From: Lingula anatina
Lineage: Eukaryota > Animalia > Brachiopoda
Direction: 5' to 3'
Length of the DNA stretch: 64,000 nt
NCBI GenBank assembly: GCA_051362555.1
Contig: JBPQGU010000016.1
Span: 2,418,001-2,482,000 of the forward strand
Below, one piece after another: positions 1-8,600 of the stretch. Within the stretch, counting starts at the first letter, position 1; each line of letters starts with the position of its first letter. A program made the position numbers and the translations under genes. Under the pieces are notes generated by a model, which saw nothing but the letters and a program-made list of their open reading frames with translations, had not been told where the DNA came from and did no database searches.

Positions 1-83
1 TTGTTTTAAGAGTAGCTTTCTAACATCTTTTTACAGTTGTTGCCACTTTTACTTCAGTATATTCTAATTTTGTTCATTTAAAG

Positions 84-236
84 CGACAGCCGTAGACCCT
101 GAGGAAGTGAGCGACTTGGAACGCCCAGAGAGCTACCTGTCCCTGCCTCAGCTGGTGCTGGCACCAGTACAGCTGCCGCTCCTGACACCATACCCCCAAC
201 AGGAGACCAAAAGGCAGAGCTCCCTGCCAGATTCAG
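84..236 (+). CDS. Probable upstream exon of the transposase (153 nt, phase 1-1, low-complexity linker)
   Basis: Acceptor tttaaag|cg at 83/84 and donor cag|gtaaag at 236/237. Open frame TAVDPEEVSDLERPESYLSLPQ...SSLPDS. Phase is compatible with the downstream exons. Confidence 0.5.
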
Positions 237-286
237 GTAAAGACTTTTTGTTTCTTTTCATGAACAATTTGAGGGTCACAGCTGGG

Positions 287-339
287 ATTCAATTTGGAAA
301 TTAACCAGTCAATTCAATTTGGAAATTAACCAGTCAATT
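287..339. repeat. Perfect 25-bp tandem duplication in intron (ATTCAATTTGGAAATTAACCAGTCA x2)
   Basis: Copies at 287-311 and 312-336, plus a 3-nt ATT overhang. Confidence 0.9.
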
Positions 340-603
340 TTCAGTGAGCAAAAAAGTTAACTCCTAGCTGCTGACCTTACATTAAGTGTTTTGTCTGTGA
401 CATATCACATACCGCCCCAGCCCTCCTGCCAAGGTGATGATGACAAGAAGAATTCCTTCATGAAAATCTGCACAGCTTAGATTGTGAATTTTAAGATTTT
501 TTATAAAATTAATCGCGCAAAGTGTAATGAAAGAAATTAGTGTAAAACAGAATGTAAAACATTAGAGTGTTCTATTGTTCTTGTACCTGTTTTCTTTTCA
601 CAG

Positions 604-624
604 TCTTTGGAGGACAGGTGTTGG
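604..624 (+). CDS. Probable 21-nt micro-exon (VFGGQVL)
   Basis: Polypyrimidine tract plus cag| at 603 and a consensus donor |gtgagt at 625. Length is a multiple of 3, phase 1-1, with no stop. Confidence 0.5.
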
Positions 625-745
625 GTGAGTTTGAAATCAAGCTTTCAGAGTTTTATTGTTTTATTTATTATTAATGCACACGTGGCTTATTCACTGACAC
701 TTGTAGCATGTGGTGTGTTTTCTTTTTATATGTTTTGGAAGGTGA

Positions 746-767
746 CAGCACAGCAGCAGCAGCAGCA
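746..767. repeat. Short (CAG)n microsatellite in intron
   Basis: cagca(cag)5ca read directly. Confidence 0.8.
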
Positions 768-1178
768 CTTTGGTTTTGTTTTCTTTTTCGCTTTTTCGCT
801 TTCCTTTTTTTTTTTTTCTGCATTACTGTGGTTCCTTACTGTGAGGTGGTTGGTGTTTGTATTGCCTGTAGATTAGCATAAAAGAGCTGAACATGCAATA
901 ACTTTTTTTGTTGTTGTGGGTGATAAGGTTAAAGATATGAGGATGTATTTAAATGATAACTATTGACCATAAAGTAAACAAAGTCCAAGCAGTGATTAAT
1001 CTGTTACTTTTAATAACCTCCAATGCAGAAGATACATGATAAGTAAGAATGAGTAATTTTTAAAAGTAATGAGAAAGTATGTCAGCTCTTGTAAAGTGTG
1101 ATATATGTTCATGATTTTCTTTTATTTCAGGTTTCTCCCCTCTATTATTTTGTACTTATTGCTCTTCACTTGTTCCAG

Positions 1179-1643
1179 TGCCCGTGGATGACACTGATCT
1201 GATCCCTCTGTCATGGAAGGCCAGCCTGCCACCACATGAAGCACAGTGGGTTTCCCGTGCCTTGTTTACCACCCGCCGGGGCCAACTGAAGCAAGAGCTG
1301 CAGCTGTGGTGGCACCCACCATCACCCAGACTGGTCCACGCCCAGCCCCCTAGAACAGCAGGGCCTTTCTTCACCCACCCCTTCTTCCTCTGGATGCCAC
1401 GCCGCATGTTCAGGGCTTCAGCTGTCTTGCTCTGTGCCATCATGCAAGGGTCGCCAGTTAACATCCCTGCGGTTTCTTCAAGACTGTCCGCCGCGTCCTT
1501 GACATCGATGGCTACTTTTACATGGGCACTGAGTACCTGGAGTGCGGCGCCTGTCACAAGAAGTATGCGGGTTGGAGTGGGGAAATCCTCCAACAGCTGG
1601 ACGTGGCGACAAGGGGGAAATTTCCAGCACTGCTCACATACAG
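1179..1643 (+). CDS. Transposase exon with Cys-rich zinc-finger-like region; two +1 frameshifts
   Basis: Acceptor ttgttccag| at 1178 and donor cag|gtaatt at 1643. GC-rich compared with the flanking introns. The motifs LWMPRRM, CSVPSC, TVRRVLDIDG, EYLECGAC and FPALLTY fall in three successive frames. Confidence 0.8.
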
Positions 1644-1790
1644 GTAATTCAAAACTTTTCTTTTTTTTTCTTTTTTTAATTTATGGAATTCTTGCATTTA
1701 ATATCAGTTCATTTGAAAATCTATTTCAGCGGACAAAATAACTCTGTCTTTACATTTATAACTTATTCTGTTCTTGATTCTTTGTTGCAG

Positions 1791-2118
1791 GTACTCTTGC
1801 TCTACCCGGGTAGTTTCTCTCCTGAGAGAGCGATCTCTTGGGAACAGCACTACTCGGCTGAGTAAGCAACTGTGTGAGCAGCACACCAGGGATTGGCTAA
1901 GCAGGGTAGCCAATTTCCTCTCAGTTGTAGACAAGTTTGCCAGCTCATCCCTTGTGCAGAGAACAAGTCCTCTTCAGCCGTTACCCTTTGAAAGACTCCC
2001 GGGGCCAGCATGGCTACAAACTGTGCTGGTCCGTGACGTGTTGTTGAGGCTTGATGAGATCAAAGCCAAGGTGACCTCCACCTTTGGATCCGTCTTGAAG
2101 ATGGACTCCACCAAAAAG
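1791..2118 (+). CDS. Transposase exon ending at the first catalytic-Asp motif (LKMDSTKK)
   Basis: Acceptor tttgttgcag| at 1790 and donor aag|gtatgt at 2118. Uninterrupted frame YSCSTRVVSLLRERSLGNS...LKMDSTKK. Confidence 0.85.
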
Positions 2119-2192
2119 GTATGTACAGTTTTTGTTCTGATTTGCTCTCTTAAACTTTGTACAGTGAACAGTTTTGAAAACAAAACAACAAA

Positions 2193-2202
<10 letters not shown>

Positions 2203-2224
<22 letters not shown>

Positions 2225-2227
2225 AAA
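2203..2227. repeat. Poly(A)25 tract in intron, preceded by short CA/CAAA repeats
   Basis: Read directly, inside intron 2119-2278. Confidence 0.9.
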
Positions 2228-2278
2228 TTTCTTTAAGAAAATGTATTAAGTGTCATATTTCCCCCCTCCGTTTTTCAG

Positions 2279-2684
2279 GTAGCCAAAAAGCTGGCAGGAG
2301 AGGCTGCAGGCTCAGCTGCCTGGTGCACCAACGTGGGCAATGAACACGGCCAGGTACTGACCTCAGTACTCACTGCTCAGGAGTGGAGCTGGCCTGACCA
2401 AGATGGCCCAGGGCCTCGTGAGGCGGTACCAGCTCAGTGAACAGCCTCCACCCAAGGTGATGTATGTTGACAGGGACTGCTGCTCCACCTCCGGTCCCTG
2501 CAATGTCAAGAAGCTGTTTGCTGGCTGGCCCCATCTGGTGGTGCGACTGGACGTGTGGCACTTCATGCGCAGGTTCGCCTCCTGTGTCACCACGGAAAGC
2601 CACCCACTATACGCCGTCTTCATGAAGAAGTTGTCTGCCTGCATTTTTGAGTGGGACGCAGATGATCGGGCTTTAATGAAGTGA
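2279..2684 (+). CDS. Transposase catalytic-core exon (YVDRDCC, RLDVWH); +1 frameshift at 2384; truncated by satellite
   Basis: Acceptor tttttcag| at 2278. Reads VAKKLAG...TNVGNEHGQVLTSVLTAQE, then shifts to GAGLTKMAQGL...CIFEWD and runs directly into satellite at 2668. Confidence 0.85.
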
Positions 2685-5600
2685 CCCGGGCGCGTTTCCA
2701 CATTTTTTATGAATGTCAGGTGTGGTAAATTAATTTTCATCACTTTTTGGAAAAATTGGTGACGGGTCATTTTTGGGTGATTTTGAGAGATTTTCGTAAG
2801 GTCCGGATATGGCAGTTTTCTTCAATTTTGGCCAGGTAGGGATGAAAAATTTTTTTCTTCAATATTGTGTCAGGTAGGTGTGTTTGGTCATTTGTAGTGA
2901 GGGTAAAGTGCTGGAAGAGTGATTGTGTCATTATTTAGGAAGAAATAGAGCAAAAACTCTCTCCACCCCCCCTCTCTCCAAATCCTGTTCTCAGGTGTGC
3001 TTTCTGGCAATCTTTAAAGCTGAAATTGGGGGCTTTAATGAAGTGACCCGGGCGCGTTTCCACATTTTTTATGAATGTCAGGTGTGGTAAATTAATTTTC
3101 ATCACTTTTTGGAAAAATTGGTGACGGGTCATTTTTGGGTGATTTTGAGAGATTTTCGTAAGGTCCGGATATGGCAGTTTTCTTCAATTTTGGCCAGGTA
3201 GGGATGAAAAATTTTTTTCTTCAATATTGTGTCAGGTAGGTGTGTTTGGTCATTTGTAGTGAGGGTAAAGTGCTGGAAGAGTGATTGTGTCATTATTTAG
3301 GAAGAAATAGAGCAAAAACTCTCTCCACCCCCCCTCTCTCCAAATCCTGTTCTCAGGTGTGCTTTCTGGCAATCTTTAAAGCTGAAATTGGGGGCTTTAA
3401 TGAAGTGACCCGGGCGCGTTTCCACATTTTTTATGAATGTCAGGTGTGGTAAATTAATTTTCATCACTTTTTGGAAAAATTGGTGACGGGTCATTTTTGG
3501 GTGATTTTGAGAGATTTTCGTAAGGTCCGGATATGGCAGTTTTCTTCAATTTTGGCCAGGTAGGGATGAAAAATTTTTTTCTTCAATATTGTGTCAGGTA
3601 GGTGTGTTTGGTCATTTGTAGTGAGGGTAAAGTGCTGGAAGAGTGATTGTGTCATTATTTAGGAAGAAATAGAGCAAAAACTCTCTCCACCCCCCCTCTC
3701 TCCAAATCCTGTTCTCAGGTGTGCTTTCTGGCAATCTTTAAAGCTGAAATTGGGGGCTTTAATGAAGTGACCCGGGCGCGTTTCCACATTTTTTATGAAT
3801 GTCAGGTGTGGTAAATTAATTTTCATCACTTTTTGGAAAAATTGGTGACGGGTCATTTTTGGGTGATTTTGAGAGATTTTCGTAAGGTCCGGATATGGCA
3901 GTTTTCTTCAATTTTGGCCAGGTAGGGATGAAAAATTTTTTTCTTCAATATTGTGTCAGGTAGGTGTGTTTGGTCATTTGTAGTGAGGGTAAAGTGCTGG
4001 AAGAGTGATTGTGTCATTATTTAGGAAGAAATAGAGCAAAAACTCTCTCCACCCCCCCTCTCCAAATCCTGTTCTCAGGTGTGCTTTCTGGCAATCTTTA
4101 AAGCTGAAATTGGGGGCTTTAATGAAGTGACCCGGGCGCGTTTCCACATTTTTTATGAATGTCAGGTGTGGTAAATTAATTTTCATCACTTTTTGGAAAA
4201 ATTGGTGACGGGTCATTTTTGGGTGATTTTGAGAGATTTTCGTAAGGTCCGGATATGGCAGTTTTCTTCAATTTTGGCCAGGTAGGGATGAAAAATTTTT
4301 TTCTTCAATATTGTGTCAGGTAGGTGTGTTTGGTCATTTGTAGTGAGGGTAAAGTGCTGGAAGAGTGATTGTGTCATTATTTAGGAAGAAATAGAGCAAA
4401 AACTCTCTCCACCCCCCCTCTCTCCAAATCCTGTTCTCAGGTGTGCTTTCTGGCAATCTTTAAAGCTGAAATTGGGGGCTTTAATGAAGTGACCCGGGCG
4501 CGTTTCCACATTTTTTATGAATGTCAGGTGTGGTAAATTAATTTTCATCACTTTTTGGAAAAATTGGTGACGGGTCATTTTTGGGTGATTTTGAGAGATT
4601 TTCGTAAGGTCCGGATATGGCAGTTTTCTTCAATTTTGGCCAGGTAGGGATGAAAAATTTTTTTCTTCAATATTGTGTCAGGTAGGTGTGTTTGGTCATT
4701 TGTAGTGAGGGTAAAGTGCTGGAAGAGTGATTGTGTCATTATTTAGGAAGAAATAGAGCAAAAACTCTCTCCACCCCCCCTCTCTCCAAATCCTGTTCTC
4801 AGGTGTGCTTTCTGGCAATCTTTAAAGCTGAAATTGGGGGCTTTAATGAAGTGACCCGGGCGCGTTTCCACATTTTTTATGAATGTCAGGTGTGGTAAAT
4901 TAATTTTCATCACTTTTTGGAAAAATTGGTGACGGGTCATTTTTGGGTGATTTTGAGAGATTTTCGTAAGGTCCGGATATGGCAGTTTTCTTCAATTTTG
5001 GCCAGGTAGGGATGAAAAATTTTTTTCTTCAATATTGTGTCAGGTAGGTGTGTTTGGTCATTTGTAGTGAGGGTAAAGTGCTGGAAGAGTGATTGTGTCA
5101 TTATTTAGGAAGAAATAGAGCAAAAACTCTCTCCACCCCCCCTCTCTCCAAATCCTGTTCTCAGGTGTGCTTTCTGGCAATCTTTAAAGCTGAAATTGGG
5201 GGCTTTAATGAAGTGACCCGGGCGCGTTTCCACATTTTTTATGAATGTCAGGTGTGGTAAATTAATTTTCATCACTTTTTGGAAAAATTGGTGACGGGTC
5301 ATTTTTGGGTGATTTTGAGAGATTTTCGTAAGGTCCGGATATGGCAGTTTTCTTCAATTTTGGCCAGGTAGGGATGAAAAATTTTTTTCTTCAATATTGT
5401 GTCAGGTAGGTGTGTTTGGTCATTTGTAGTGAGGGTAAAGTGCTGGAAGAGTGATTGTGTCATTATTTAGGAAGAAATAGAGCAAAAACTCTCTCCACCC
5501 CCCCTCTCTCCAAATCCTGTTCTCAGGTGTGCTTTCTGGCAATCTTTAAAGCTGAAATTGGGGGCTTTAATGAAGTGACCCGGGCGCGTTTCCACATTTT

Positions 5601-8600
5601 TTATGAATGTCAGGTGTGGTAAATTAATTTTCATCACTTTTTGGAAAAATTGGTGACGGGTCATTTTTGGGTGATTTTGAGAGATTTTCGTAAGGTCCGG
5701 ATATGGCAGTTTTCTTCAATTTTGGCCAGGTAGGGATGAAAAATTTTTTTCTTCAATATTGTGTCAGGTAGGTGTGTTTGGTCATTTGTAGTGAGGGTAA
5801 AGTGCTGGAAGAGTGATTGTGTCATTATTTAGGAAGAAATAGAGCAAAAACTCTCTCCACCCCCCCTCTCTCCAAATCCTGTTCTCAGGTGTGCTTTCTG
5901 GCAATCTTTAAAGCTGAAATTGGGGGCTTTAATGAAGTGACCCGGGCGCGTTTCCACATTTTTTATGAATGTCAGGTGTGGTAAATTAATTTTCATCACT
6001 TTTTGGAAAAATTGGTGACGGGTCATTTTTGGGTGATTTTGAGAGATTTTCGTAAGGTCCGGATATGGCAGTTTTCTTCAATTTTGGCCAGGTAGGGATG
6101 AAAAATTTTTTTCTTCAATATTGTGTCAGGTAGGTGTGTTTGGTCATTTGTAGTGAGGGTAAAGTGCTGGAAGAGTGATTGTGTCATTATTTAGGAAGAA
6201 ATAGAGCAAAAACTCTCTCCACCCCCCCTCTCTCCAAATCCTGTTCTCAGGTGTGCTTTCTGGCAATCTTTAAAGCTGAAATTGGGGGCTTTAATGAAGT
6301 GACCCGGGCGCGTTTCCACATTTTTTATGAATGTCAGGTGTGGTAAATTAATTTTCATCACTTTTTGGAAAAATTGGTGACGGGTCATTTTTGGGTGATT
6401 TTGAGAGATTTTCGTAAGGTCCGGATATGGCAGTTTTCTTCAATTTTGGCCAGGTAGGGATGAAAAATTTTTTTCTTCAATATTGTGTCAGGTAGGTGTG
6501 TTTGGTCATTTGTAGTGAGGGTAAAGTGCTGGAAGAGTGATTGTGTCATTATTTAGGAAGAAATAGAGCAAAAACTCTCTCCACCCCCCCTCTCTCCAAA
6601 TCCTGTTCTCAGGTGTGCTTTCTGGCAATCTTTAAAGCTGAAATTGGGGGCTTTAATGAAGTGACCCGGGCGCGTTTCCACATTTTTTATGAATGTCAGG
6701 TGTGGTAAATTAATTTTCATCACTTTTTGGAAAAATTGGTGACGGGTCATTTTTGGGTGATTTTGAGAGATTTTCGTAAGGTCCGGATATGGCAGTTTTC
6801 TTCAATTTTGGCCAGGTAGGGATGAAAAATTTTTTTCTTCAATATTGTGTCAGGTAGGTGTGTTTGGTCATTTGTAGTGAGGGTAAAGTGCTGGAAGAGT
6901 GATTGTGTCATTATTTAGGAAGAAATAGAGCAAAAACTCTCTCCACCCCCCCTCTCTCCAAATCCTGTTCTCAGGTGTGCTTTCTGGCAATCTTTAAAGC
7001 TGAAATTGGGGGCTTTAATGAAGTGACCCGGGCGCGTTTCCACATTTTTTATGAATGTCAGGTGTGGTAAATTAATTTTCATCACTTTTTGGAAAAATTG
7101 GTGACGGGTCATTTTTGGGTGATTTTGAGAGATTTTCGTAAGGTCCGGATATGGCAGTTTTCTTCAATTTTGGCCAGGTAGGGATGAAAAATTTTTTTCT
7201 TCAATATTGTGTCAGGTAGGTGTGTTTGGTCATTTGTAGTGAGGGTAAAGTGCTGGAAGAGTGATTGTGTCATTATTTAGGAAGAAATAGAGCAAAAACT
7301 CTCTCCACCCCCCCTCTCTCCAAATCCTGTTCTCAGGTGTGCTTTCTGGCAATCTTTAAAGCTGAAATTGGGGGCTTTAATGAAGTGACCCGGGCGCGTT
7401 TCCACATTTTTTATGAATGTCAGGTGTGGTAAATTAATTTTCATCACTTTTTGGAAAAATTGGTGACGGGTCATTTTTGGGTGATTTTGAGAGATTTTCG
7501 TAAGGTCCGGATATGGCAGTTTTCTTCAATTTTGGCCAGGTAGGGATGAAAAATTTTTTTCTTCAATATTGTGTCAGGTAGGTGTGTTTGGTCATTTGTA
7601 GTGAGGGTAAAGTGCTGGAAGAGTGATTGTGTCATTATTTAGGAAGAAATAGAGCAAAAACTCTCTCCACCCCCCCTCTCTCCAAATCCTGTTCTCAGGT
7701 GTGCTTTCTGGCAATCTTTAAAGCTGAAATTGGGGGCTTTAATGAAGTGACCCGGGCGCGTTTCCACATTTTTTATGAATGTCAGGTGTGGTAAATTAAT
7801 TTTCATCACTTTTTGGAAAAATTGGTGACGGGTCATTTTTGGGTGATTTTGAGAGATTTTCGTAAGGTCCGGATATGGCAGTTTTCTTCAATTTTGGCCA
7901 GGTAGGGATGAAAAATTTTTTTCTTCAATATTGTGTCAGGTAGGTGTGTTTGGTCATTTGTAGTGAGGGTAAAGTGCTGGAAGAGTGATTGTGTCATTAT
8001 TTAGGAAGAAATAGAGCAAAAACTCTCTCCACCCCCCCTCTCTCCAAATCCTGTTCTCAGGTGTGCTTTCTGGCAATCTTTAAAGCTGAAATTGGGGGCT
8101 TTAATGAAGTGACCCGGGCGCGTTTCCACATTTTTTATGAATGTCAGGTGTGGTAAATTAATTTTCATCACTTTTTGGAAAAATTGGTGACGGGTCATTT
8201 TTGGGTGATTTTGAGAGATTTTCGTAAGGTCCGGATATGGCAGTTTTCTTCAATTTTGGCCAGGTAGGGATGAAAAATTTTTTTCTTCAATATTGTGTCA
8301 GGTAGGTGTGTTTGGTCATTTGTAGTGAGGGTAAAGTGCTGGAAGAGTGATTGTGTCATTATTTAGGAAGAAATAGAGCAAAAACTCTCTCCACCCCCCC
8401 TCTCTCCAAATCCTGTTCTCAGGTGTGCTTTCTGGCAATCTTTAAAGCTGAAATTGGGGGCTTTAATGAAGTGACCCGGGCGCGTTTCCACATTTTTTAT
8501 GAATGTCAGGTGTGGTAAATTAATTTTCATCACTTTTTGGAAAAATTGGTGACGGGTCATTTTTGGGTGATTTTGAGAGATTTTCGTAAGGTCCGGATAT

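Larger units (their letters stand above)
1..2667 (+). mobile_element. Internal fragment of a DNA transposon (Dada-superfamily-like), 3' part replaced by satellite DNA; 5' end lies outside the window
   Basis: Contains a spliced DDE-type transposase gene (next feature). No terminus or TSD is visible in the window. The superfamily call rests on recalled motif similarity. Confidence 0.65.
84..2684 (+). pseudogene. Spliced, frameshifted and 3'-truncated DDE transposase gene (Dada-like / DUF6729-type)
   Basis: Joining GT-AG exons and removing single-base insertions at ~1412-1415, ~1465-1467 and 2384 gives ...WKASLPPHEAQWVSRALF...LWWHPP...FFLWMPRRMF.LQLSCSVPSCKGRQLTSCGFFKTVRRVLDIDGYFYMGTEYLECGACHKKYAGWS...FPALLTYR|YSCSTRVVSLLRERSLGNS...FGSVLKMDSTKK|VAKKLAGEAAGSAAWCTNVGNEHGQVLTSVLTAQEGAGLTKMAQGLVRRY...MYVDRDCC...RLDVWHFMRR...CIFEWDADDRALMK*. 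Candidate catalytic D at 2104-2106 and 2469-2471, DxxH at 2550-2561. The stop codon (2682-2684) comes from the satellite. Confidence 0.8.

Noticed and set aside
607-876. 89-aa hydrophobic ORF resembling a membrane protein
   Set aside because: It has a TTG start, and the Phe/Leu richness comes from T-rich intron sequence and a CAG microsatellite.
2203-2227. Poly(A) tract as a retrotransposon tail
   Set aside because: No recognisable SINE or LINE body or TSD is present, and it lies inside a 160-bp GT-AG intron.
1410-2386. Three +1 insertions as mutually compensating or programmed frameshifts
   Set aside because: The net shift is +3, but the spliced uncorrected frame stops at ~1811-1813 and the conserved motifs would be out of frame. 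No slippery heptamer is evident.
1156-2770. Minus-strand ORFs (145, 76, 62, 135 and 77 aa) overlapping the transposase
   Set aside because: These are antisense shadows of GC-rich exons. The 135-aa ORF is a chimera that starts in the satellite.
2935-2940. TTAGG as a telomeric motif
   Set aside because: It is a single partial occurrence per monomer, with no (TTAGGG)n run.
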